A stretch of DNA of 58,843 bases from Candidatus Aphodocola excrementigallinarum (GCA_018714855.1 DVMT01000017.1:1-58843), one strand, 5' to 3'; positions 28,185 through 38,208 are shown, counted from the stretch's first letter. Notes: generated by a model from the letters alone, not told the origin. Translations and numbers: made by a program.

Positions 28185-30149
28185 CTATTTACGCGTACTA
28201 GGCTTTTTCTTTTTAATTTTAGAGTTTTCCTTATATACAAGTTCAGAAATATCTCCGGCTAAACGATCTCTATCAGACTTCAAACTAGCAGCTATTGGAA
28301 CATCAGTGATTCTATAAACTTCTGTTAAGCTTTTAAATTCGTCTGGTACATAATTCATAATTTCCTCATCTAAATTATCAATTTCAACATTTTCAAAAGG
28401 AATATAACATATTCTAAACTTATTATTACTGTTTTTAGGTGCTACAGCATAAGCATACTTGACATATGGACACTTATCAATCATTTCTTCGATTTCTAAT
28501 GAAGATATTTTCCTTCCATTTACATTAAATAAATCTTTCGTTCTTGATAGTACCGTTAAATTACCATTTTCATTTATATAACCATAATCTCCCAAATCAA
28601 TTCCAAAATCATCCTTTTTTAAATTGATATCTTTATTTGCATAACCTATACTTGGGCTAACAGCAGAATAAATAACTTCTCCATTTTGATTATAAGATAA
28701 TTCATTACCATTTTCATCAACAATCCTAACGTTATTACCAATTAAAGGAAATCCAGAAGTTCCACGTTCATTAAATTTATGAGTATTAGTAGAAAAAGTA
28801 ACTCCAAGTTCTGTTCCACCAGCGCCTAAAATTGCAGTTTCTTTATAGCCTTGTCTTTTAAATGCTTCCTCTATTAACTCAATATGCTTTTTTGTGGCAT
28901 TTTCAGCACCAAGTGATATTAATTTATAATTACTCATATCAGTTTTCTTAAAATCGGGACTTTCTATTACGTTATCGTAAGAACGTGGAGGTAGTGAAAC
29001 TCCTTGACCCTTTTCTTTTACGATAGTACCCAACAATTTTTTAGAATCAAAAGTTGGTAATAAATCATTTACTAAACCATTAGATAATCCTAAATGCATG
29101 GTAAACTCCCCATATGCTTTTCCACAAATAGGTATAACTTGTAAAAAACGCATCTGTTTTTCTAAGCCAACATCTAACTGCTCATACTGGTGTGCTCTTG
29201 CGTTTAAAGAATCATCAGTTAACATTACCGCTTTTGGAACACCCGTAGTTCCAGACGTATATTGAATTGACGAAAGTCTATCTTTTTTGTATTTTGCTCT
29301 TTCAAAATCTGTTTCTTTTAAATTTAAAAAATCTTTAAACAACTTAAAATCACTTTCTTTTGGATTGTTTCCTTCTAATCTTCCTTTTAAGTCCATAGCT
29401 TTTTTCATGATGGGAAGTGATTCAAACGGGCTTACTAAATAAGCGTCAGTTAGCGTTGTTTTATTAGCTATCTTATCTAAATCTTTATATCTACTATCTA
29501 AAACAAATGCAACTTTAGATCCCATCATATTTATGCATTCTTTTATTTTCTCAGCACTTTCTAATGGGAAAATATTATTACAAACTATTGCATTTTCATC
29601 CATTGCAGCAATTAAAAGCATAGTTTCAATGGTATTTGGCAAACATAATGCAACCGAATCACCAGGTTTAATTCCTAACGTCTCAAGTTTTTTAGAATAT
29701 TCAACTATTTTTTTGTCATATTCACCATATGTTACTTTTTTTCCGAAATATTCTAAAGCAACTAAACTTTGATCTATGTTTTTACTTCTTACAAAATCAT
29801 TTTTAGTCATTTCAGGAAATGGTTTTTTTAATTGTTCATCAGTATAATATCTATTCCATATTTTTTCTTCTGATGGTTTTCTATTTTTAGAAATTTGATC
29901 TACTTTATCACCTATATTTTGATAATCATTTATTAAATAAGTAGATGTTGATATAGAAGGTGATTCTTTAACTATATTACACATTTGATTTGGTAGGCCA
30001 ACATATGCATTTATTCTTTCTTTTTTTGTAAAATCAATTATATCACTAATATCACTTGTACTAAACGTAGCAACTTCATAACCCCTATTATTCAATTCGT
30101 TTTTTATACCAGTAAAATTTGATATGTCCTTATTGATTCCTATTTTCAT
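28185..30149 (-). CDS. AMP-dependent synthetase/ligase (ANL superfamily) with an N-terminal extension of about 95 aa
   Basis: SIQYTSGTTGVPKAVMLT (A3 motif), GDYGYINENGNLTVLSRTKDLFNVNGRKISSLEIEE (A8), and a C-terminal LKSDR lysine motif. Confidence 0.8.
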   Translation of the reverse strand: MKIGINKDISNFTGIKNELNNRGYEVATFSTSDISDIIDFTKKERINAYVGLPNQMCNIVKESPSISTSTYLINDYQNIGDKVDQISKNRKPSEEKIWNRYYTDEQLKKPFPEMTKNDFVRSKNIDQSLVALEYFGKKVTYGEYDKKIVEYSKKLETLGIKPGDSVALCLPNTIETMLLIAAMDENAIVCNNIFPLESAEKIKECINMMGSKVAFVLDSRYKDLDKIANKTTLTDAYLVSPFESLPIMKKAMDLKGRLEGNNPKESDFKLFKDFLNLKETDFERAKYKKDRLSSIQYTSGTTGVPKAVMLTDDSLNARAHQYEQLDVGLEKQMRFLQVIPICGKAYGEFTMHLGLSNGLVNDLLPTFDSKKLLGTIVKEKGQGVSLPPRSYDNVIESPDFKKTDMSNYKLISLGAENATKKHIELIEEAFKRQGYKETAILGAGGTELGVTFSTNTHKFNERGTSGFPLIGNNVRIVDENGNELSYNQNGEVIYSAVSPSIGYANKDINLKKDDFGIDLGDYGYINENGNLTVLSRTKDLFNVNGRKISSLEIEEMIDKCPYVKYAYAVAPKNSNNKFRICYIPFENVEIDNLDEEIMNYVPDEFKSLTEVYRITDVPIAASLKSDRDRLAGDISELVYKENSKIKKKKPSTRK

Positions 30150-30204
30150 TTATGATATTTCCTCCTATTTTCTACAATTTAATTTTAACATTTTAATGTG
30201 TAAA

Positions 30205-30263
30205 GTGCAACATGTAAATAAAAAGACCAGTACGTGCAAGTACTAGTCTTTATTTACTTGCAC
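30205..30263 (-). terminator. Long imperfect hairpin with a U-run downstream of ligA
   Basis: Minus strand reads GTGCAAGTAAATAAAGACTAGTAC-ttgcac-GTACTGGTCTTTTTATTTACATGTTGCAC. Confidence 0.6.
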
Positions 30264-30368
30264 AAATATATGTTTCTGTACAAGCAAACATAATAATTTA
30301 CGACAATTATATTAATCATAAAGTATTTATTTGTCAAGTATTATTAGTTATATATTATTTTAATATGA

Positions 30369-32345
30369 TTATTTTATTAATTCTTCTATATCTTTTTCTT
30401 CATATATTTTAATACCTAATTTTAAAGCTTTATCATATTTGCTACCAGGTTTATCTCCTACTATAACACCAGTTGTTTTTTTAGTTACGCTTGATGTTAC
30501 TTTTGCACCTTTATCTTCTAATATCTTTGTTAATTCTTCTCTTTTATAGTGTTCTAAAGTTCCAGTTAAAACAAAAGTCATTCCGTCTAAATTATCATTA
30601 ACAGAAGTAGATTCATAAGTAAAGTTTAATCCTAATTCTTTTAATTCATCTATTAATTTAAGATTTTCTTCTTTAGAAAAATATTCTTTTACGCTTTTTG
30701 CAATAATTTCACCAATATCATTAATGTTTGTTAATTCTTCTTCACTTGCATTAATTAAATTATCTATTGTTTTATATCTTTTTGCTAATATCTTGGCAGT
30801 CTTTTTACCAACGTGTCTAATGCCTAGTGCAAAAAGAACTTTTTCAAGTGAGTTTGATTTAGAGTTTTCTATGCTGTTAAGTAGGTTAGTAATACTTTTT
30901 TCTCCGAATCCTTCTAATTCCATTAAATCTTCTTTATGGTTATCTAAACGGTAGATATCAGATATATATTTAATAAATCCCATGTTATAGAAATCTTCTA
31001 TTATTCTTTCACCTAAACCATCTATATTCATGGTATCACGAGATGCAAAGTGTATTAGACTTTCTATTTTTCTTGCGGGACAATGCGGGTTCTTACAAAA
31101 GTAATTTGCATCTTCCTTTACAAGATCAGATCCACACATAGGACATTTATCTATCATTTTAAAAGGCATTTCATCGCCAGTTCTTCTTTCTTTTTTAACC
31201 TCTACTACCTCAGGTATTACATCTCCTGCTTTTCTAATTGAAATAACGTCTCCTACCCTTATATCTTTATCTAGGCAGTAATCCTCGTTATGAAGTGTTG
31301 CTTTAGATACGATTGATCCCGCAACATGAACCGGATCAAATATCGCGTTAGGAGTTATTTTACCTGTTCTTCCAACGGTAAACTTTATTTCTTTTAACTT
31401 TGTTAATACTTCTTTTGCAGGAAATTTATACGCGATTCCCCATCTTGGTACCCTTTGAGTAAATCCTAGTTTTGCCTCATCTTCCAAGCTATTAACCTTT
31501 AAAACAACACCATCTATTTCAAATGGTAAATCATCTCTTTTTTCTCCTAATGATTCAATATAACTTATTATTTCATCGGTATTACAAGCGACCCCATTTA
31601 ATTTATAATTAGTTAAAAAACCTAATTCTTTTAGGAATTTTAAAGATTCAGACTGCGTTTTTATTCCGTATTCATCTGGATTAGGAATAAAATATGCCAT
31701 GTAGTCTAATCCTCTTTTAGCAGCTACCCGGCTATCTAGTTGTCTAACAGATCCTGCCGCAGCATTTCTTGGATTTGCAAATAAAGCCTCATTATTTTTC
31801 TTTCGATCTTCATTACACTTTTCAAAAGACTTTTTACTCATGTATATTTCACCACGAACCTCAATATCTATTTCTTTATTAAGTTTTAAAGGAACAGACT
31901 TTATGGTTTTAACGTTATGGGTAATATCCTCTCCAATTATTCCGTCCCCACGGGTTGCTGCTCTAACTAAAACGCCTTTTTCATATATTAAAGAACCGGA
32001 TAATCCATCCATTTTAGGTTCTAAAGTGTATGCAGCATCAGGGCAAGTTTTTCTTATTCTTTCATCAAATGCTTTTATCTCATCTTCATTAAATATATCA
32101 TCAAAAGAAAGCATAGGAGTCTTATGAGTTACCTTCTCGAACTTATCAACTACTTGTCCACCAACTTTGTTAGTAGGAGAATCCTTTAACTTATACTCAG
32201 GATACTTTTCCTCTAAGTTTAAAAGCTCCCTATAATAATCATCATATTCCTGGTCAGTAATAGAAGGATTATCATTTACGTAATACTCTATACTTGCTTT
32301 ATTTATTATATCTGTTAATTCTTTTATTCTATTTTTAATATCCAT
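30369..32345 (-). CDS. ligA: NAD-dependent DNA ligase
   Basis: KMDGLS adenylation lysine motif, four-Cys zinc finger (CPMCGS...CKNPHCP), HhH repeats and a C-terminal BRCT domain. Confidence 0.97.
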   Translation of the reverse strand: MDIKNRIKELTDIINKASIEYYVNDNPSITDQEYDDYYRELLNLEEKYPEYKLKDSPTNKVGGQVVDKFEKVTHKTPMLSFDDIFNEDEIKAFDERIRKTCPDAAYTLEPKMDGLSGSLIYEKGVLVRAATRGDGIIGEDITHNVKTIKSVPLKLNKEIDIEVRGEIYMSKKSFEKCNEDRKKNNEALFANPRNAAAGSVRQLDSRVAAKRGLDYMAYFIPNPDEYGIKTQSESLKFLKELGFLTNYKLNGVACNTDEIISYIESLGEKRDDLPFEIDGVVLKVNSLEDEAKLGFTQRVPRWGIAYKFPAKEVLTKLKEIKFTVGRTGKITPNAIFDPVHVAGSIVSKATLHNEDYCLDKDIRVGDVISIRKAGDVIPEVVEVKKERRTGDEMPFKMIDKCPMCGSDLVKEDANYFCKNPHCPARKIESLIHFASRDTMNIDGLGERIIEDFYNMGFIKYISDIYRLDNHKEDLMELEGFGEKSITNLLNSIENSKSNSLEKVLFALGIRHVGKKTAKILAKRYKTIDNLINASEEELTNINDIGEIIAKSVKEYFSKEENLKLIDELKELGLNFTYESTSVNDNLDGMTFVLTGTLEHYKREELTKILEDKGAKVTSSVTKKTTGVIVGDKPGSKYDKALKLGIKIYEEKDIEELIK

Positions 32346-32423
32346 GTTATCACCTATTTAATTATATCATAATTAAGCTTGTTTTTAGGAAATTTATAAG
32401 ACAAATTAATATTTAAATCTATT

Positions 32424-32452
32424 AAAAAATGTGTAATTAATCGCAATTACAC
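32424..32452 (-). terminator. Rho-independent terminator
   Basis: Minus strand reads GTGTAATT-gcgatt-AATTACAC followed by ATTTTTT. Confidence 0.7.
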
Positions 32453-32467
32453 ACTTTATTAATTTTA

Positions 32468-34228
32468 TTATTTAGTTTTCTTTTTCGTCTTTAGTTTTTT
32501 TACAACTCCATTATTACCATTAACTTCAATATAATCCATATTACTTATTTTATTTATATTATCATATCCAAGTCCAGTTATACATGGTATTTCAAGTTCT
32601 CTTGATATTATAGCAGAATGAGATAAAAAACCACCTTCAGCAGTTATAATTGCACTACTATTTACCATAACTGGTACCCAATCAGGATCCGTAAAATCCG
32701 CTAATAAAATATCCCCTTTTTCAAATCCGCTTTCATCTATTTTAGATGCGTCTTCTATATAAACTGGTTTACCTTTAGCAACACCACTAGATGCAGGTAT
32801 ACCAATAAATTCATCTTCTGTCTTTATAATTTTAACATCATTATTTTTAAATTTTACAGTTACCGGTCTAAATTGTACAAATAATAATTTACCATTAACT
32901 ACGCACCATTCAAAATCAGCAATAGTGTTTAATTTGTTTTGATATTCAATGCATTTTTCACCAACTACATCATTATTTACTGTTATCGGGTTATTAACCT
33001 TAGTGTTCCAATCCTCATAATTAGGAGTAACCTTACCAGAAACAAGTTTTTCACCATTTCCTTTAACCCATTCTAAGTGTCCGGTATTTTTATTATTGCC
33101 TAACCAAACGCCAGCATATTCTGGTTCAATAAAGCGCTGTAGCACAACAGACATATATGGCTTTTTAGTGTTGAATTTTTCTACATACGACTTTACTCTA
33201 TTAGTATAAGTAGAATCATATACTTCACTAATTGCAGAATTAATATCTTTCTTATCTTGATTTAATTTTGTAATAAACAAACCGGCGAAAGACTGATTTT
33301 TATTATCTTCAACCGTAGCCGAACTCCTAACCGAATACTTATAATTTGGCAATTCATTAATATAATTAACATACTTTTTTTCTTGAACTGATTTCACAGG
33401 AACAATAAATGTTTCAGGAATATCTATACCATTATATGACAATTTCGCTAATCCTAGATTTTTACCACCGACAATACAAGTTAGATCATCAATAATACCA
33501 TTATCAAAAAATTTATATAGTTGTTCTATTTTTATAATTGGTGAATCATTAAGCAGACAAATTCCTAATAATGATCTTCCTTTAATACTTGATAAATATG
33601 GATATTTTTCCTTAACATACTTTTCAAAATTATTTTTAGCATCATCATGTTTTTTAATTAATTCATTATTATGATATAAATGCTCTATATCCTGCCACTT
33701 TTTCATCAATAAATATAATTTTATTTCTTGCGTGTTAATGTCAACATTATTTAAATTCTTGTTTTTTTCAAATTTTGTTAATTCTGATGGTTTTATTTTG
33801 TCAACTTCTTTTATAACATCTAAATATTTTTCATTATATTTATCTTTGAATAATTTAAGTATAGCATCCGTCAAAACAGATCCTTCAATTATTGTTTCTA
33901 AAAAACCATAGTACGCATACGAATACCTATATAAATACCATTTAATAACTGGATCTTTTTCTTTATCAGCCTCTTGCATAATCATAACAGATTTATTTTT
34001 AACTTCTTTTATTATCCGTTCTATTTTTGAATAATCAAGTGCATTAACATCTAGTTCATCAACATATTTAAGTAAATCTTTACACAATTTATCATTTATC
34101 ATAATATCGTAAGATAAAGACCATATCCATTGTGGATCCGTTATAAACATTTTTATTTTATTTAAATCATTTTTATACTCATCATAGCTAACTTCTATAA
34201 AGCTTAAAACATTTATATTATATACCAT
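32468..34228 (-). CDS. PEP/pyruvate-binding (PPDK_N ATP-grasp) plus PEP-utilising swivel-His domain enzyme, with an unassigned N-terminal region of about 250 aa before the ATP-grasp motif
   Basis: Start moved to MVYNINV after AAAGGTGA. Motifs GGKNLGLAKL, VRSSATVEDNKNQSFAGLF, GEKLVSGKVTP, and AEGGFLSHSAIISRELEIPCITG. Confidence 0.75.
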   Translation of the reverse strand: MVYNINVLSFIEVSYDEYKNDLNKIKMFITDPQWIWSLSYDIMINDKLCKDLLKYVDELDVNALDYSKIERIIKEVKNKSVMIMQEADKEKDPVIKWYLYRYSYAYYGFLETIIEGSVLTDAILKLFKDKYNEKYLDVIKEVDKIKPSELTKFEKNKNLNNVDINTQEIKLYLLMKKWQDIEHLYHNNELIKKHDDAKNNFEKYVKEKYPYLSSIKGRSLLGICLLNDSPIIKIEQLYKFFDNGIIDDLTCIVGGKNLGLAKLSYNGIDIPETFIVPVKSVQEKKYVNYINELPNYKYSVRSSATVEDNKNQSFAGLFITKLNQDKKDINSAISEVYDSTYTNRVKSYVEKFNTKKPYMSVVLQRFIEPEYAGVWLGNNKNTGHLEWVKGNGEKLVSGKVTPNYEDWNTKVNNPITVNNDVVGEKCIEYQNKLNTIADFEWCVVNGKLLFVQFRPVTVKFKNNDVKIIKTEDEFIGIPASSGVAKGKPVYIEDASKIDESGFEKGDILLADFTDPDWVPVMVNSSAIITAEGGFLSHSAIISRELEIPCITGLGYDNINKISNMDYIEVNGNNGVVKKLKTKKKTK

Positions 34229-34313
34229 AAAATCACCTTTAAATTCATTCTTTAAATATATTATAGCATTAAATATAAACATTTTTATCAATATTAAATT
34301 TATACAATTTGAA

Positions 34314-35168
34314 CTAATTAAGTTCTTTTACTTTATCATCTGTATAATCATAACTTAAATTGTTATTTTTAGAAATAGCAGAATTTTTTGTTTCTTTTTC
34401 ATATAAATCCCTTGCTCCTTTAGCGACGCCGCCACCTCTTTTTACCACTTTTATATTTTCTTTAAGGCCTTTTGGCTTTTCACCTTTAGCAATGTCTCTA
34501 GTTGCAATCTCACCAATATTTGTAAGAGCAATTTCTATATCAGTCATGTTGTCCCTTAAAGATTCTTTCCTTATTCCCTTAAATTCTTTATACTAAGAAG
34601 CTTTCATTTATAACCATACCCTATATATTTCATTTGTTAAGATTCCATACTCATAATCTTTTTCAATACCATTATCTTTCCACACTTTAGTTAGCTTATT
34701 TCTGCCTAATATCGATTTTAATCTATCCTCTATCCAATAGGGAGAATATCCATGATTAATGTAGCACTCTATTCCTCTATGAATAGCTTTTTCAGGATCA
34801 AACACCTCATCTATTCTTTCCTTTCCTAAAGATGCTAGCCACATCTTAAATGGTTCTGTCTTTGGGCTTGGCACCGACTCTATTAATCTAAAGATACATC
34901 TCGTATCTAAAACATCTGTTAAATAATACTTTCCATCTTTTGAAGACCTTAGTTTCAGTTGTCCCACATTATGGGACAACTCACTACTCTCCTCGTTTAA
35001 TTTAGTTTTTAATGCATTCCAATATTTCCTTGCCCTAGGACTTTCAGTCAAAACCTTAATTACATCACCCACACTAAAATAATAATCTTCTTTGTTACTA
35101 TCCCATACGCTTCTTATTTCATTACCTTGAAATAAATTTGTTATTGTTTTTAGTTTATCTTCTTTCAT
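34314..35168 (-). pseudogene. BRO-N / DinD-like gene interrupted by two in-frame stop codons
   Basis: ORFs 34608-35168 and 34314-34547 are in the same frame. The joint reads ...EIYRVWL*MKAS*YKEFKGIRKESLRDNMTDIE, with TAA at 34608-34610 and TAG at 34593-34595. Confidence 0.7.
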
Positions 35169-35189
35169 TATGATTTTTTTTCTTATTTG

Positions 35190-35225
35190 TTAAAAAAACT
35201 AAGTAGCTTTTGTTTACTACTTAGT
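35190..35225 (-). terminator. Rho-independent terminator of recA
   Basis: Minus strand reads ACTAAGTAG-taaacaaaag-CTACTTAGT followed by TTTTTT. It overlaps the recA stop. Confidence 0.75.
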
Positions 35226-36239
35226 TTCCTTTTTATCTTCTTTTCTTAAGATTCCGTGACTTTCACGAACCTTATCTTCAATTTCTTTCATTATATCTGG
35301 GTTATTCTTTAAGAATGCTTTAGCGTTTTCTTTTCCTTGACCTATTTTCTCACCCTTATATGAGTACCAAGCACCGCTTTTATCAACAATACCGATTTCT
35401 GATGCCAAATCAAGAACCTCAGCTTCTCTTGAAACACCTTCTCCATACATTATTTCAACGCTTGCAGTTTTAAATGGTGGAGCAACCTTGTTTTTAACTA
35501 CCTTAACGTTTGTTTTATTACCAATTACATTATCTCCGTTTTTAATTTGTTCACCACGTCTTACGTCTAGTCTTATTGTTGCATAAAACTTTAAAGCACG
35601 TCCTCCAGTTGTAGTTTCAGGATTACCAAATAAAACCCCTACTTTTTCTCTTAACTGGTTAATAAATATTGCAATCGTGTTTGTCTTACTAATCGTACCT
35701 GATAACTTTCTTAAAGCCTGACTCATTAATCTTGCTTGTAATCCAACATGGCTATCTCCCATTTCACCTTCTATTTCAGCTTGTGGAACAAGTGCTGCAA
35801 CCGAGTCTATTACAACGATGTTAATTGCCTCACTTTTAACTAACGCATCACATATTTCTAGTGCCTGCTCTCCAGTATCAGGTTGTGATAATAATAAATC
35901 ATTAATGTTTACTCCCAAGTTTTTCGCATAAACAGGATCAAGTGCGTGCTCAGCATCAATGAATGCCGCTTTTCCACCGGCTTTTTGAACTTCTGCTATC
36001 GCGTGAAGTGCAAAAGTTGTTTTACCAGATGATTCAGGACCATATATTTCTATTATTCTTCCCTTTGGATAACCTCCGACACCAAGTGCTATATCAAGCG
36101 TAAGAGAACCACTTGATACAACGTCTATTTCATTATGAGACTCCTCTCCCAACTTCATTATTGAACCTTTACCAAATTGTTTTTCTATATCAGCAAGAAC
36201 CTGTTCTAAAGTTTTATCATTTTCTTTATTTTTTGCCAT
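35217..36239 (-). CDS. recA: Recombinase RecA
   Basis: GPESSGKTT Walker A motif, and [14 protein letters not shown]. Confidence 0.98.
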   Translation of the reverse strand: MAKNKENDKTLEQVLADIEKQFGKGSIMKLGEESHNEIDVVSSGSLTLDIALGVGGYPKGRIIEIYGPESSGKTTFALHAIAEVQKAGGKAAFIDAEHALDPVYAKNLGVNINDLLLSQPDTGEQALEICDALVKSEAINIVVIDSVAALVPQAEIEGEMGDSHVGLQARLMSQALRKLSGTISKTNTIAIFINQLREKVGVLFGNPETTTGGRALKFYATIRLDVRRGEQIKNGDNVIGNKTNVKVVKNKVAPPFKTASVEIMYGEGVSREAEVLDLASEIGIVDKSGAWYSYKGEKIGQGKENAKAFLKNNPDIMKEIEDKVRESHGILRKEDKKETK

Positions 36240-36309
36240 TAAATATCCTCCTAATTTTTAATTCCAATAACATTATAATGCATAAAAAAAGAAAAATCAA
36301 GTACTTTTT

Positions 36310-36323
36310 CAAACAAATGTTCG
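36310..36323 (-). promoter_or_regulatory. LexA (Cheo/SOS) box upstream of recA
   Basis: Minus strand CGAACATTTGTTTG versus the Firmicutes consensus CGAAC-N4-GTTCG (one mismatch). A TATAAT -10 element lies about 30 nt downstream. Confidence 0.65.
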
Positions 36324-36378
36324 GAACTTTTTTGCACCTGTTTTTCTTCAAAAATTAATTTTTCTATTAACAAAAAAG

Positions 36379-37008
36379 CTATTTTTGAGCTTCTTCTTTA
36401 ACAGTTTCCTTTTTTTGCTCTCTTTCAAATATAATATCTTTATTCATTACGTAGTATTGAATACCTGAAATTAAAGCAAATACGGTAGCTAAAATAAGTA
36501 GGAAATTAGATACGTCTAAATTAAACAATTCAAATGGCAAGTTATAACATAAGGTAAATATTATACCAAGCATTAAAAACGTTGTTTTAACTTTTCCAGT
36601 TTTTATTGCAGCAACTACTTTTCCTTTACTTCCTGCTATCATTTTAATGGTATCAACAACGGTATCTCTAAACACTATAATAACCGTTATAACTGGAGAT
36701 ATCATTCCTTGTGATGATAATATAATTAAAGTTGAGTTAACAAGCATTTTATCAGCGATAGCATCAGTCATCTTACCGAAGTCAGTAACCATGTTACGAC
36801 TTCTTGCGATATGGCCATCTAATGCATCAGTAATTGATGCTATGGCAAATATACCTGCTGCTATAAAATACTTTATATCAACTGATATAGTTCCTATTAA
36901 AATTTTAGGAAACTCTATGTTTACCATGTAAAATGGAAAAAGTAATAAAACGATTAATAAAACCGTTAAAAATATTCTTACCATCGTTATTTTGTTAGCT
37001 AGATTCAT
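36379..37008 (-). CDS. pgsA: CDP-diacylglycerol-glycerol-3-phosphate 3-phosphatidyltransferase
   Basis: CDP-alcohol phosphatidyltransferase motif DALDGHIARSRNMVTDFGKMTDAIADK. Confidence 0.9.
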   Translation of the reverse strand: MNLANKITMVRIFLTVLLIVLLLFPFYMVNIEFPKILIGTISVDIKYFIAAGIFAIASITDALDGHIARSRNMVTDFGKMTDAIADKMLVNSTLIILSSQGMISPVITVIIVFRDTVVDTIKMIAGSKGKVVAAIKTGKVKTTFLMLGIIFTLCYNLPFELFNLDVSNFLLILATVFALISGIQYYVMNKDIIFEREQKKETVKEEAQK

Positions 37009-37021
37009 TTTTTACCACCTC

Positions 37022-37501
37022 TTAATTCCCTAAATATGTTATTGCGTTTTGTTCTTCATCATTTGGATTTATATACTGGGTTACAACGATATATCCAATT
37101 AAAAAGATAAGTAACAATATTATAAGTCCAACAATTATCATAACAAACTTTGATTTTGGTTTTTCCTCCATGGTATAAGGAGATACTACCTTTTGTTCGT
37201 TTGCTTTTTCCTTTTGCTTTTTTTTGCTTGCTTTTTCTATTTCCGCAATTGGTATTTTAGATGTTTCTTCAAAAAAGTATTCGTTAAACTCATCCATTAT
37301 TTTTTCTTCATCTAAGCCTAAGTACTTAGCGTAACCCCTAATGAATGATTTTAAATAAAACACATCTTTAAAAACCTTTAAATTACCTTTCTCTATGTTT
37401 TCTATTTGTTGAGCTCTTAAGTTAAGATCGGATGCTGCCTCTTCAATGCTTACGCCATGTTCTTCTCTTGCAGCCTTTAACTGTTCTCCTATCTCTTTCA
37501 A
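37022..37501 (-). CDS. rodZ: XRE-type HTH plus single TM helix, RodZ/YmfM-like
   Basis: N-terminal HTH (LKAAREEHGVSIEEAASDLNLRAQQIENIEKG), one TM helix, and a position upstream of pgsA-recA as in Bacillus subtilis ymfM. Confidence 0.6.
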   Translation of the reverse strand: MKEIGEQLKAAREEHGVSIEEAASDLNLRAQQIENIEKGNLKVFKDVFYLKSFIRGYAKYLGLDEEKIMDEFNEYFFEETSKIPIAEIEKASKKKQKEKANEQKVVSPYTMEEKPKSKFVMIIVGLIILLLIFLIGYIVVTQYINPNDEEQNAITYLGN

Positions 37502-37528
37502 GATAATTCACTCCTTTATTTTATAAAT

Positions 37529-37886
37529 AATTATTTTAATAAGCCACGTTCTGTACCAATAAAATTGGTCGCAAACATTTATCTATGCAAAAATTTGCAT
37601 CCCTTAATCCGTTTTTATTCCTTCATAAGGATTCCCCTACCAAATTTTGGGTTTCTCACTTGTGGGGTTTACCCGTTCCACTTTTTCGTTTCCAAAAAAA
37701 TCGTTTCTGTGGCACTTTATGCCCGTTACCATGGCAAAGCTTTAGGTAACTTAAGGCGCCGTCAGGCTCTTACCTGCCGAAGGTTATTTATTCCCTTCGC
37801 ACAAACACTACGATCATTACAGATTCGTGTGAGCGTGGACTTTCCTCTACTAATTAAAAATTAGCAGCGTTTGCGTAAAAATAATT
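37529..37886 (-). ncRNA. rnpB: RNase P RNA, bacterial type B
   Basis: Minus strand contains GAGGAAAGTCCACGC, GGTAAACCCCACAAGTGAGAAACCCAAAATTTGGTAGGGGAA and GGTACAGAACGTGGCTTA. These closely match the B. subtilis rnpB blocks as I recall them. P1 pairs AATTATTTT with TAAAATAATT. The ends are approximate. Confidence 0.92.
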
Positions 37887-38208
37887 ACTCATCTTTATCA
37901 TATATATATTTTTCCAGTTGTGATAAACGTCTTAAGATATCTACGTTAGTAATTTCTTTTTCACTTTTCTTTACTATATCAATGTTAGCTTTTAGATTTC
38001 TAAGTTCGTGTTTTAACTCTAAGTTTTCATTTGTTAGCGCTTTGTTTTCACCTTTTAATTCTTTTATAATGTTAATAAACTCAACGTAATCTTTAATAAT
38101 TTGATCAAGGTATTTATCTACCTCTTGCAATCTATACCCACGGGTATCTATTTTAAAATCCTTATCAAAGATATCTTGTGGTGTTAAAGCTATTCTTCCG
38201 TTAAACAT
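37885..38208 (-). CDS. gpsB: Cell-cycle protein GpsB (DivIVA-domain)
   Basis: LTPQDIFDKDFKIDTRGYRLQEVDKYLDQIIKDY, then a coiled coil. Sits next to rnpB as in Bacillus. Confidence 0.8.
   Translation of the reverse strand: MFNGRIALTPQDIFDKDFKIDTRGYRLQEVDKYLDQIIKDYVEFINIIKELKGENKALTNENLELKHELRNLKANIDIVKKSEKEITNVDILRRLSQLEKYIYDKDE

Noticed and set aside
34593-34610. In-frame TAA and TAG as a sign of an alternative genetic code
   Set aside because: All other genes in the window (more than 50) are open and correctly terminated under the standard bacterial code, using TAA and TAG as stops. The two stops are local lesions.
36240-36378. Absence of cinA between pgsA and recA, compared with Bacillus
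   Set aside because: The 139-nt gap holds only the recA promoter and SOS box, with no remnant ORF. This is normal lineage variation rather than a feature.
37565-37864. 99-aa plus-strand ORF in the only large ORF-poor, relatively GC-rich gap
   Set aside because: The region is the antisense strand of a clear type B RNase P RNA (GAGGAAAGTCC, GGTAAACCCC...GGTAGGGGAA, ACAGAACGTGGCTTA on the minus strand). The ORF has no RBS and an implausible composition.
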